A stretch of DNA of 64,000 bases, from the IMG/VR virus record IMGVR_UViG_3300045592_000030; one strand, 5' to 3'. The notes below the pieces were generated by a model that was given only the letters and a program-made list of their open reading frames with translations, did not search any database and was not told where the DNA came from. The position numbers and the translations under genes were made by a program. This stretch comes from a virus. Of this stretch, positions 18,692 through 27,015 are shown one piece after another (positions within the stretch are counted from its first letter, which is position 1; the number at the start of each line of letters is the position of its first letter).

Positions 18692-18750
18692 ACGCTGCCG
18701 GGATTGTTCCTTACCCTAAAGATAGAACAAAATGCTAACAGTAAAAGACG

Positions 18751-19437
18751 TTATTTCTTCCCTTTCTCACGTTTTGCGGCATCTGCTTTTTTACGCAACT
18801 GCGCACTCTTAGCAATGAATGTTTTCATGCGCTTGTCAAAGTAGTTTTCCATGCTGTCTGCATAGTCAGCAAAGAGAGCCTGCTGCTCTTCGGAGCCCGT
18901 ACTGCGCGTATGGCGGAAAGCGGAGGAAAGCTGATGCAAGGCAGTAGCCACACCCTCAAACTGCGTGAAGTCGTATTCTTCCTGCGGAAAGAGCTCTTTC
19001 AGTTCCTGTTGAATGTCTATCAACTTACTTTCGACAATATCAGAGAGGAAAGTAACCATATTGAGATGGTAGCTGCACAGCTGCTTCACATTCTGCTTGT
19101 GTTCATCGTCAGCCGGTATCTTCTTCCACAAGTCGTTAATCTTGATGTCCTGCTTTTCGGTGTGGTGCAAGGTTTTTCGTTGCATGGCGGTCAGGATCAT
19201 CATGGCAATGCGCTGGTCGTCTTGCTCCACTCCTTTACGAATGGCAAGAGGATTAGAACCGGGCCGCTCGGCCACCTTGAACATCTTGTTTCGATGCTCT
19301 ACAAGTCGCTCGAATTTCTCATCATGGAACACCAGTTCCAGTACGGACATGTATTCCGACGTGCGGCACACATCAAGCTCCATCGGCATGGTGAACGATG
19401 GCAGCTTTTCATAATTGATATATTCCTTCTGTTTCAT
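18751..19437 (-). CDS. Hypothetical protein
   Basis: 228-aa ORF. No motif recognised. Confidence 0.6.
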   Translation of the reverse strand: MKQKEYINYEKLPSFTMPMELDVCRTSEYMSVLELVFHDEKFERLVEHRNKMFKVAERPGSNPLAIRKGVEQDDQRIAMMILTAMQRKTLHHTEKQDIKINDLWKKIPADDEHKQNVKQLCSYHLNMVTFLSDIVESKLIDIQQELKELFPQEEYDFTQFEGVATALHQLSSAFRHTRSTGSEEQQALFADYADSMENYFDKRMKTFIAKSAQLRKKADAAKREKGKK

Positions 19438-19504
19438 AATTGTTATCTATTAAAATCGTAAATTTCAACATCGAAAGGTTTTTCCATTTTTTGAATTTTA
19501 TTTG

Positions 19505-20026
19505 TCAAACTAATAGATAATCTTGCCAAATTTCGGCAAATTGTTGGCCGAAATAGATTGCGATTTCATCGCTTTCGGAAGCAAGAGCACCACCGTTATG
19601 CGCGGACGCGCTCAAAACATCGTAGTACGAGTACAAACACGACGAACCGACATCGGAACCGCTGTTCGCACTACCGACGCAAAGCGAGGCGTCTTTCTTT
19701 ATGATTTTGAACCAAGGAAAATACTTATATTGACCAAAATCTGCCCAGTCAGGTTTCCAACTGCCCCGCAATGCCTTTGCTATTATACAAAGTTTAGCGT
19801 ATGCCTTTAGATGCTTAGGTGTAATTCCTTCAACATAAGAAGGATCATCTCCTGTTACCTTGCAGGCATCCTCGAAGGTCCTTATTTTTTCATAGTCATT
19901 CAGAAACATTTCTTCTCCGTATAGATTGCGGAGCATTTTCTTACCGTTTTCATCTGCATCTTTATATGCAGTCTGTAATTTTGAAACAGGCACGAATGCC
20001 ATGTTTATGTTTTCTTCTTTTTCCAT
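19505..20026 (-). CDS. Hypothetical protein
   Basis: 173-aa ORF. First gene of the AT-rich island. Confidence 0.6.
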   Translation of the reverse strand: MEKEENINMAFVPVSKLQTAYKDADENGKKMLRNLYGEEMFLNDYEKIRTFEDACKVTGDDPSYVEGITPKHLKAYAKLCIIAKALRGSWKPDWADFGQYKYFPWFKIIKKDASLCVGSANSGSDVGSSCLYSYYDVLSASAHNGGALASESDEIAIYFGQQFAEIWQDYLLV

Positions 20027-20032
20027 AATTAT

Positions 20033-20218
20033 TTATTTGAATTGTTCCTTACTCCAATTTACGCCTTTCTTAAATCCTTCTACAAATGCATTAGTGCATA
20101 TATCATGAATTTCCATATTACATATAGACTTTGGAAATGTCCATAAAAGGCATTTACCACATCTCTGACTTCTACCATCATATAAATTAGCTGCTTTTTT
20201 TATTCCTACCATAATCAA
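20033..20218 (-). CDS. Hypothetical small protein
   Basis: 61-aa ORF abutting its neighbours. Confidence 0.45.
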   Translation of the reverse strand: MIMVGIKKAANLYDGRSQRCGKCLLWTFPKSICNMEIHDICTNAFVEGFKKGVNWSKEQFK

Positions 20219-20452
20219 TTATTTTAAATGTTTCATATACCAATCAAATTTAGCACTTATCCTTCCGTAATAAGAGTCATAAATCCTCCTATTATATTCA
20301 GCCCTTTCATATCCTACAAAGAAACTATTACATTTACATGTATAAAAATCATTCAGATTCTCTAACTCGTTTGAAAAGTGTTCGGCTCTTTCTTTATAAT
20401 ATCCCTTAGAAAGTATCTTTTCCCGTAGCTTTTTTATTGTTCTTGCTTTCAT
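20219..20452 (-). CDS. Hypothetical small protein
   Basis: 77-aa ORF abutting the downstream gene. Confidence 0.5.
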   Translation of the reverse strand: MKARTIKKLREKILSKGYYKERAEHFSNELENLNDFYTCKCNSFFVGYERAEYNRRIYDSYYGRISAKFDWYMKHLK

Positions 20453-20699
20453 ATCTATTTTCCTGTATTAAATTATGATGCTTTGCGAAAAGACATGGAG
20501 TCTTACCATCAGAACGTAGATCATTACAATCATCAGTGCAATCAACTCCACAATCATACTTTTTTAAGCATGTACCCCAAAGAGAAGTTGCGCATCCGTC
20601 TTCATCTTTTCCATATCAAGGGCAATCTTTGAAAGTTTTCTTCTTGTATTTTTTCCTATGGTGCATGACTGCATCAGGGAATAGTTCCTGCTGCTTCAT
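20406..20699 (-). other. Cys-rich reading frame interrupted by one in-frame TGA (20616-20618)
   Basis: Hand translation: MKQQELFPDAVMHHRKKYKKKTFKDCP-TGA-YGKDEDGCATSLWGTCLKKYDCGVDCTDDCNDLRSDGKTPCLFAKHH... It fills an otherwise ORF-less gap. Confidence 0.3.
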
Positions 20700-20703
20700 T
20701 TCT

Positions 20704-20934
20704 TTACCTTCTCTTTTGCGTGATTTTTTTATAGATTTCATCTGCATGGTCAAACATCCATGTCATTCCCATACCAAACCCTTTCATGAAGAGCTGCTTT
20801 TCGTTATGCGTCATCTGATAAAGATGATGTTTCAGCAAAGAATCTTCCGCCTTGTCACCTTGGCGCATAGCCTCTTCGGTAATCAATTTTTCCTTTTCTT
20901 CCGGTGTCATTTCTTTACCTCCTTTTTCTTCCAT
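20704..20934 (-). CDS. Hypothetical small protein
   Basis: 76-aa ORF. Confidence 0.5.
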   Translation of the reverse strand: MEEKGGKEMTPEEKEKLITEEAMRQGDKAEDSLLKHHLYQMTHNEKQLFMKGFGMGMTWMFDHADEIYKKITQKRR

Positions 20935-21113
20935 GTTTGGTAAGAAACATTTACTTCACGAAATGCGTAAAAAGTCTTACCGCAATTTTCGCATTGGACC
21001 TCTTCTCGTTCAAAATCGTCGTCTCCTTCAAAGGCTGTACCTACCTCTTGATGATGTCCGCAATAGGGGCAGATTAATTCATAACTGCTCCATGTATCAA
21101 TATCTTCCATCAT
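20907..21113 (-). CDS. Small zinc-ribbon protein
   Basis: 68 aa with CPYCG...CENCG. Confidence 0.5.
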   Translation of the reverse strand: MMEDIDTWSSYELICPYCGHHQEVGTAFEGDDDFEREEVQCENCGKTFYAFREVNVSYQTWKKKEVKK

Positions 21114-21115
21114 AA

Positions 21116-21403
21116 TTATTTCTCCTTTCTAAAAACCTTTGATGATATTCTTTTATATTTCACATCAGGGTTAAAATTCTTTGCTAAAAAATTTAAGCTG
21201 CTGTCCTTAAGTTCTTTAACATCTTCAGCAAATTCTTTTGCATCGGATTGTCGGTCCCCAAAATTCCGTAGGCTGTGCCATCTTTTATGTGCCTCAGGAG
21301 GCAAAATAAACCATTCTTTAACAATATAACCATAATCAGTATTGCTAACTTGCGCCATATCTAATCTCCAATTATTTATTATTTTCGGTAAAATGTAATT
21401 CAA
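21116..21403 (-). CDS. Hypothetical small protein
   Basis: 95-aa ORF. Confidence 0.5.
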   Translation of the reverse strand: MNYILPKIINNWRLDMAQVSNTDYGYIVKEWFILPPEAHKRWHSLRNFGDRQSDAKEFAEDVKELKDSSLNFLAKNFNPDVKYKRISSKVFRKEK

Positions 21404-21629
21404 CCTCTACCGGATTATCCCCATAATTCATTTTATACCCCAATATTGATTTAATAGTCCCTTTCGGCAAGACCAGCCAGTCACCGTCAAACGACATGAA
21501 GTAATCTAAATGTGGCTTTTTCATTGATAGTATTTCTTCCTTTAAAGGATTCACCGAAAGATAAAATCTGTTCATCTTGCTCTTAATGCTGATACCTTCT
21601 TGGTATCTTTCAAAATCTGAATCCGTCAT
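21372..21629 (-). CDS. Hypothetical small protein
   Basis: 85-aa ORF overlapping its neighbours. Confidence 0.5.
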   Translation of the reverse strand: MTDSDFERYQEGISIKSKMNRFYLSVNPLKEEILSMKKPHLDYFMSFDGDWLVLPKGTIKSILGYKMNYGDNPVEVELHFTENNK

Positions 21630-21826
21630 ATCTGTTCCTCCTCTCCCAGATGGTTAGTGTTAACTTTTTTGCTTTTAGCTTTATCTCTCTCATCGGCATC
21701 GTCATCTCGAGCCATTAGAACAAGGCAAGCAAATATTGTCATCATCGCCATTATTATAATTAATCCTAATACTATAGCTCGTATGTTATCAAGTCTTGTG
21801 ATCCAATAAAATGTTTCCATAATCAT
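21626..21826 (-). CDS. Small single-pass membrane protein
   Basis: 66 aa with a hydrophobic core AIVLGLIIIMAMMTIFACLVLMA. Confidence 0.5.
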   Translation of the reverse strand: MIMETFYWITRLDNIRAIVLGLIIIMAMMTIFACLVLMARDDDADERDKAKSKKVNTNHLGEEEQI

Positions 21827-21840
21827 CTAATTTTTAGTTC

Positions 21841-22014
21841 TTATCCATGAAATTTAATTAATAACTTTGTAATATCTTCTTTAATATCAAGCACCATTTT
21901 TTGATTTTCTTCTGAATAACACATTGACTCTACATAATCACATAGATCATATAAGTCTACAATAGCATCTTTTTTGTCTTTTTCAAAAATTTGACGATCT
22001 AAATCCGTTTCCAT
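21841..22014 (-). CDS. Hypothetical small protein (57 aa, below track cutoff)
   Basis: Hand translation: METDLDRQIFEKDKKDAIVDLYDLCDYVESMCYSEENQKMVLDIKEDITKLLIKFHG. Fills a gap in the gene array. Confidence 0.4.
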   Translation of the reverse strand: METDLDRQIFEKDKKDAIVDLYDLCDYVESMCYSEENQKMVLDIKEDITKLLIKFHG

Positions 22015-22190
22015 ACATATACCTTTTCTATGTCTTTTTCTGTGGCGTAATTCTTAATTCCTTTAACCTTGTAAAGGTAAACTCCTCTACTGTCTTTAAG
22101 CACTTCGGTAATGATAGAGATCTTACCGATCATCTCTTTGTTTTTGTGACTTACAACCTTTACGGTGTCACCTAATTTAAATTTATTCAT
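21999..22190 (-). CDS. Hypothetical small protein
   Basis: 63-aa ORF. Confidence 0.5.
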   Translation of the reverse strand: MNKFKLGDTVKVVSHKNKEMIGKISIITEVLKDSRGVYLYKVKGIKNYATEKDIEKVYVWKRI

Positions 22191-22213
22191 AGTCTTTATG
22201 TTTAAATCATTTT

Positions 22214-22639
22214 TTACTTATCAGTGCACTTGTTTCTTACCAGTTCGTTATATTCTGCTATCCAATCTGCTGGTATAGCCTTATTTGCATCGATATAACG
22301 CTTAATCCCATCTTTTATCATGTCTATCCGTTTCCTGTCCCAGATAAATTTAGGCATTACTCCCAACGGTGGTCTATCTGTATTATCTTTTTTCGGATAT
22401 TTGGCAAAAAACACATCAAAATTAAGGTTTCCAATTATATCTCTCCAAAATGCGGGTCCTTCTTTAGTCCTCGACCACTCGAATCCACCATTATCAACAC
22501 AAGAAGATGGGTCTATTTGAAATACGCCCACGTCAGCCTTGTTTCCTTGGTGAACTTGATTGCTAACCATTTTCTGAACTATTTCTATAGGGAAATCCTT
22601 GATTTGCCCTTTTAAATCTGACTCTTTAACTTTGTACAT
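22214..22639 (-). CDS. Hypothetical protein
   Basis: 141-aa ORF. Confidence 0.55.
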   Translation of the reverse strand: MYKVKESDLKGQIKDFPIEIVQKMVSNQVHQGNKADVGVFQIDPSSCVDNGGFEWSRTKEGPAFWRDIIGNLNFDVFFAKYPKKDNTDRPPLGVMPKFIWDRKRIDMIKDGIKRYIDANKAIPADWIAEYNELVRNKCTDK

Positions 22640-22641
22640 AA

Positions 22642-22893
22642 TTACTTATTTAATAAGGGAGGTATTGGCATCCAATAGTCAACGTCATCTAATTCTGCAC
22701 TATCACATAAAAAATCACCTGTGTCACTCCATATAAATTCACCTTCATCAATAAACAAATATAACGTTGTATATTCATTATTTCCTTTTATATGACAAAG
22801 AACTTGTTTGGAACGCGACATTCCATCTTCTGATTCTTCTTTTGTTTCAGGAAGTCTTACTTTAGCATCTATCCATGTTTCTTGTTCTATCAT
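22642..22893 (-). CDS. Hypothetical small protein
   Basis: 83-aa ORF. Confidence 0.5.
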   Translation of the reverse strand: MIEQETWIDAKVRLPETKEESEDGMSRSKQVLCHIKGNNEYTTLYLFIDEGEFIWSDTGDFLCDSAELDDVDYWMPIPPLLNK

Positions 22894-23245
22894 AATTAAT
22901 ATTTTTTAAAATAAGCCTTCCTAAGAAAGAACTTATATCTTTAATCCGTAGGCAATCATATCTTTCCATAATTGGCTCTACTACATTATCTTTTTTAACT
23001 AAAATACATTTATCTGTTACTACTATGTTAGCTTCATCATCATCATCACGAAATAATTTAGCATCTAATCTACCCCACGGGCGTATATTGATATGGCCCA
23101 TTCTGATATATTCTAAACCCGCACTATTTAGATTTTCAACTATAAGATCAGCGGGAGAATACCATTCTCCGAATATATCCCTAAAACCCATATCAACACG
23201 TACATCGCTCGGTATAGGTATCATTATTCTATTTTCTTGTCTCAT
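22862..23245 (-). CDS. Hypothetical protein
   Basis: 127-aa ORF. Confidence 0.5.
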   Translation of the reverse strand: MRQENRIMIPIPSDVRVDMGFRDIFGEWYSPADLIVENLNSAGLEYIRMGHINIRPWGRLDAKLFRDDDDEANIVVTDKCILVKKDNVVEPIMERYDCLRIKDISSFLGRLILKNINYDRTRNMDRC

Positions 23246-23252
23246 AATCTAC

Positions 23253-23594
23253 TTATATTAATATTTTAAACATTTCACATGATTTATCATCATTTGATTT
23301 GTATGTTATAAATCCTATCCTTTTATACCAGTCTGCTATCCAACTGGTACTATCATTTACATGTAAGTACAGATATTTGCACCCTTTTTGTTTTGCAATA
23401 TCCTCAACTATGGATATAAGTTCTGTGGCCATTCCTTTTCTCCTCTCATGCTCTGAAACATTAAGATTTGACAGGAACATGTTATGGCGTTCATTCTCAT
23501 AATAGGTTAACTCACAGAAAGCATTTCCGTGTTCCTCCATAATGTATATTGATACATCATCATTATCTGAATTTATGTTAGTAATTGTTTTCAT
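23253..23594 (-). CDS. GNAT-family acetyltransferase (short)
   Basis: 113 aa. RRKGMATELISIVEDIAKQKG fits the acetyl-CoA-binding motif A (R/QxxGxG/A). Confidence 0.6.
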   Translation of the reverse strand: MKTITNINSDNDDVSIYIMEEHGNAFCELTYYENERHNMFLSNLNVSEHERRKGMATELISIVEDIAKQKGCKYLYLHVNDSTSWIADWYKRIGFITYKSNDDKSCEMFKILI

Positions 23595-23596
23595 AA

Positions 23597-23777
23597 TTAA
23601 TATTTTTTACCGTTCTTATAGGGGCGCAGTTCATTGTACTTCATCTTTAGGTCAATGAATTTGAACAAGTCAATATTGCATCTTTTAGCAAGTGGGAACA
23701 CATTCCTTTTCATGAAATCCGTGCGCCTTTGCGATTGAATAAGCACGGTCACGAAGTGCATTTAAATCTTGTTCCAT
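23597..23777 (-). pseudogene. Remnant of a MazG-like NTP pyrophosphohydrolase gene (internal deletion plus frameshift)
   Basis: MEQDLNALRDRAYSIAKAHGFHEKECVPTC-stop. The +1 frame continues ...CNIDLFKFIDLKMKYNELRPYKNGKKY. The N- and C-terminal ends look MazG-like (from memory) and the middle is missing. Confidence 0.3.
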
Positions 23778-23792
23778 AACTACTTTTATTAA

Positions 23793-23960
23793 TTATATAT
23801 TGTTATCTTTTTTTAATAGTTCATTTATTAAAACATCTGTATCTGAAATAGCTGTTCTTGCAATAATCTTTTTATCTGCATTAGCATTACTTGCCATTAA
23901 ATATTTAGCATATAGTTCCGTGGAAATGTACACTCTTACCAAATTAAAATTTTGTCCCAT
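23793..23960 (-). CDS. Small protein, paralog B (55 aa)
   Basis: Hand translation: MGQNFNLVRVYISTELYAKYLMASNANADKKIIARTAISDTDVLINELLKKDNNI. Paralog of 24704..24856. Confidence 0.45.
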   Translation of the reverse strand: MGQNFNLVRVYISTELYAKYLMASNANADKKIIARTAISDTDVLINELLKKDNNI

Positions 23961-23962
23961 AA

Positions 23963-24697
23963 TCATTCAATCATTAAATAGTCTTTTACCAGTTGCTCGT
24001 TGTACTTCAAAAATGAATCTCGTTGCTCTGCTGTATGGAAAGCAAGAAAATAATATCTATTTAGGCAATTGATTTCCATTATGATATTGTTAATCCTACT
24101 TATTACATATTTAGTAAGGTGTATATCATCCCATTCTTCATCAGTGATAGCACCCCCGTAATAGGGCATGAGCTGGCTAATCATTGCCATTGCAAGTGCT
24201 GACTTGGCATGCTTTTCATCATAGAAAACATTGCGATAATTATCACAAAAAACTTCGTATTCACTTATATCTTTTATTTCTGAATGTGTATCTATTTGAA
24301 CACAATCCCAAGGAATATCTTTTCCATGTAAATCATCCCAAGTTTTTATAGTTTGTTCATTGTCTTTTATTAACTCAAAAATTACATCATTATGATCTTT
24401 TCTGAAAATGCCATTACATTGATAAGGACCGCAACCTTTTATTTTTTCATAATAACATCCTGCACACCTACAATCAGAAGAGCGACATACCGATGACACA
24501 ACTCTTAATTTAGGGCCATTATATCCTAAAGGCCTAAGAATAGAATCTTCTTTTGGGTCTATTTCTTTTTTATGTCTGTTTTTAAATTCCTCATAACTGT
24601 CATTTTCGGCTTGTATTCTCTTATCTCTTTCTTCTTCTTCATGAAACTCTCCGTATTCATCATAATATCCTTGATTAGTCTGATATTTTACTGCCAT
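23963..24697 (-). CDS. Hypothetical Cys-rich protein
   Basis: 244-aa ORF flanked by the two paralogous small genes. Confidence 0.6.
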   Translation of the reverse strand: MAVKYQTNQGYYDEYGEFHEEEERDKRIQAENDSYEEFKNRHKKEIDPKEDSILRPLGYNGPKLRVVSSVCRSSDCRCAGCYYEKIKGCGPYQCNGIFRKDHNDVIFELIKDNEQTIKTWDDLHGKDIPWDCVQIDTHSEIKDISEYEVFCDNYRNVFYDEKHAKSALAMAMISQLMPYYGGAITDEEWDDIHLTKYVISRINNIIMEINCLNRYYFLAFHTAEQRDSFLKYNEQLVKDYLMIE

Positions 24698-24703
24698 AAT
24701 TTT

Positions 24704-24856
24704 TTATTTTAAAAGTTCATTAATTAAACAGTCTGTATCTTTTACAGCCGTTTTAGCGATTATAATCCTATCAGAATCCGGACAGCTTGCCATTAAATAT
24801 TTAGCATATAGTTCAGTGGCTATATATACTCTTACCATGTTTAAATCTTGTTCCAT
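24704..24856 (-). CDS. Small protein, paralog A (50 aa)
   Basis: Hand translation: MEQDLNMVRVYIATELYAKYLMASCPDSDRIIIAKTAVKDTDCLINELLK. Confidence 0.45.
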   Translation of the reverse strand: MEQDLNMVRVYIATELYAKYLMASCPDSDRIIIAKTAVKDTDCLINELLK

Positions 24857-24858
24857 AA

Positions 24859-25332
24859 CTATCTGTAATTATAAATTTTATTTTTAACTCCTTCACGTCT
24901 TGCAATAGATGCAAGCATACATAGATCGCCTGAGTTATTGCATTCAACAAACCTCGGTCTCTTTGTGACATCTATATTCTTTCCGTCATATTCGAGTAGT
25001 CCCCAATTTTCTGGTATTTCTTCTGGAGATAATAGACCTTTCGGAATAAGATAGTATCTAAAATTACCACAGGCATTTTCTTTTTTACGACATTTCTTTT
25101 TGCTATCTCTCAAAAAATCACTCCTACTTGTTTTAATTTCTATCACATAAGATAGAAATCCATTCGTCCCCCATACATCAGGATTCTCAATCCCAATCGT
25201 AATGAGCTCTATGGCTACGATTTTACAAGAGTCTATCATGGTTCCGTCGGAAGTGTATTTTATTCTTCCATTATGTAACCATCTTGCTCCTTCCTGGCAT
25301 AATCTATAATGTAATGAATCGGTAGCACTCAT
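24859..25332 (-). CDS. PD-(D/E)xK nuclease-like protein (MmcB-like)
   Basis: 157 aa. The D...E-x-K pattern (DVWG...VIEIKTSRSDF) is typical of restriction-endonuclease-fold proteins. Family assignment is from memory. Confidence 0.45.
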   Translation of the reverse strand: MSATDSLHYRLCQEGARWLHNGRIKYTSDGTMIDSCKIVAIELITIGIENPDVWGTNGFLSYVIEIKTSRSDFLRDSKKKCRKKENACGNFRYYLIPKGLLSPEEIPENWGLLEYDGKNIDVTKRPRFVECNNSGDLCMLASIARREGVKNKIYNYR

Positions 25333-25334
25333 AA

Positions 25335-25526
25335 TTATTTCTTTAAAAAGTCCTTACACTTTAAATTCTCTCCCCTGTGGTCTATCATATAGTACAGTCC
25401 TACCGTACCTTCTTTCAAATACCTTTTGCAGTTTTCTTTCCTCACGCATTTTCCATTCGTGCACATTGCTATGTCAGAATTTGGTGAGATAAATTGTACA
25501 GGATTTTTCTTTAAATCTGTTTCCAT
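25335..25526 (-). CDS. Small Cys-rich protein
   Basis: 63-aa ORF. Confidence 0.5.
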   Translation of the reverse strand: METDLKKNPVQFISPNSDIAMCTNGKCVRKENCKRYLKEGTVGLYYMIDHRGENLKCKDFLKK

Positions 25527-25528
25527 AA

Positions 25529-25771
25529 TCAGTTATTTTTATTTACCTTAAACTTATCACAAAACTCAAGAATCCGTAGAATATCTTCTGCAAGGTCAAT
25601 AACCTGCTTATCCAGCGTATTCTTCTTCATTTCTGAAACTACAAACTTTTGATACATAATGATATTATCAAGAGTATTTATCGTTTCCAATTTTAACTGC
25701 TTCATAACTTTCATAGTTAGTCCTTTCCATTTCCGAATATCGCACAGAAAAAGAACAGCGCTACGATCCAA
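25529..25771 (-). CDS. Hypothetical small protein
   Basis: 80-aa ORF. The start may be an internal Met. Confidence 0.45.
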   Translation of the reverse strand: MDRSAVLFLCDIRKWKGLTMKVMKQLKLETINTLDNIIMYQKFVVSEMKKNTLDKQVIDLAEDILRILEFCDKFKVNKNN

Positions 25772-25793
25772 ATTACTATAATCAATATTGCTT

Positions 25794-26327
25794 TCATTTG
25801 TCGGTGAATATTTGTTTCAAGTAATCCTCGAGATTGATAATACGATAGGGTAGGGCATTCTTCTTACAGTCGTTGACAAAGGTAACATCCACATCATCCA
25901 GTGTCAACGGTGTGCGTTCCTTGTCTCTGTCTTTGCGTGCGGCATCTATCTTCGTGCGGTCGGGTCGGCGGATATATATCACTCGGATGTTGCACTCGTG
26001 CGAGAAATGCTCACGAAGATAGGACAAACCTTTTTCGTCGATGACATACACGTTGATGCGTGTTGTGGAAAGGTCTTTGAAGTTGGCCCAATATTCATAT
26101 CCGCCATACTGCGTATAGGCGAACATATCCATCTTGTCATAGCCGATGTTCTTTGTCGGGTCGTGGAAGATATGCTCGCGGCGATTTTGCTCTCCCGGTC
26201 GCATCGGGCGTGTGGTGTGGCTGACCAGCACCTTGAAGCCTACGTCGGTCTTTTCCAACAACCGTGCGATGGTGTCCTTGCCGCTACCACTGGCACCAAC
26301 GATACATAATACTTTTCTGCGTGCCAT
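25794..26327 (-). CDS. Guanylate-kinase-like nucleoside monophosphate kinase
   Basis: P-loop GASGSGKDT followed by SHTTRPMRPGEQNRREHIF (GK signature S-x-TTR-x-x-R-x-GE). Confidence 0.65.
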   Translation of the reverse strand: MARRKVLCIVGASGSGKDTIARLLEKTDVGFKVLVSHTTRPMRPGEQNRREHIFHDPTKNIGYDKMDMFAYTQYGGYEYWANFKDLSTTRINVYVIDEKGLSYLREHFSHECNIRVIYIRRPDRTKIDAARKDRDKERTPLTLDDVDVTFVNDCKKNALPYRIINLEDYLKQIFTDK

Positions 26328-26548
26328 CAGCCTTCTATCTCCTTTAGGTTTTCCTCGACGAACCGATATTCCTCTGTTGTTTCGTCGAAATTGTACAAAG
26401 TCAGTTCCCGAAGCAATCCACGTATAGCCTCCGTTGTGGAATGCGCCTGCTCAACACTGCTCACACTGCCTTTCGGCAATGTAGCCGATACAAGCTCTGC
26501 GGACTTAAAACCGTCCTCGTCTGAATGAATTTTCAGTTCCATAATCAA
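26327..26548 (-). CDS. Hypothetical small protein
   Basis: 73-aa ORF abutting the kinase gene. Confidence 0.5.
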   Translation of the reverse strand: MIMELKIHSDEDGFKSAELVSATLPKGSVSSVEQAHSTTEAIRGLLRELTLYNFDETTEEYRFVEENLKEIEG

Positions 26549-26550
26549 TC

Positions 26551-27015
26551 TTATTTTATTTCAACTACAATTGCATCCGATGTAAGCGGGTACACCCACA
26601 TACGACGAAACATTTTAGATTTATTCGATGTAATCATCAGTTGCTCATTTTCCAAGCCCTCCACGCGATCAATACAGACAATCCCATTTTTCATAGGTAT
26701 TTCAATCTTGGTATCGCTATTTACCGTCAGGCGGTCAGCCGCAAGCGACACACCATCCAACACCTGAACGGCCTGCTGCTGCGCATTGTCAACTGTCGCA
26801 CTCTGCTGCGATTGATACTTATACTGTCGCTTAATCGACTCGAAAAAGAAGATATAAGCTCCAAGACAAAAGAAGCTTCCGGCAGCACAAGTGCACATCT
26901 GCACAAACTCCTTCCACAACCCGAAAAGACCTGCTGCGGAAAGAAACACAAATATGCAACAATATGCCAATGCACAAAGAAATGGCATCAGTTTACTTTT
27001 TACGTTTTTCTTCAT
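26551..27015 (-). CDS. Membrane protein (two TM segments)
   Basis: 154 aa. Hydrophobic segments LMPFLCALAYCCIFVFLSAAGLFGLW and AAGSFFCLGAYIFFF. Confidence 0.55.
   Translation of the reverse strand: MKKNVKSKLMPFLCALAYCCIFVFLSAAGLFGLWKEFVQMCTCAAGSFFCLGAYIFFFESIKRQYKYQSQQSATVDNAQQQAVQVLDGVSLAADRLTVNSDTKIEIPMKNGIVCIDRVEGLENEQLMITSNKSKMFRRMWVYPLTSDAIVVEIK

Noticed and set aside
20616-20618. The in-frame TGA could be a selenocysteine codon or evidence of TGA reassignment.
   Set aside because: I saw no convincing SECIS-like hairpin immediately downstream, and other genes in the window stop at TGA. It is reported only as a low-interest anomaly.
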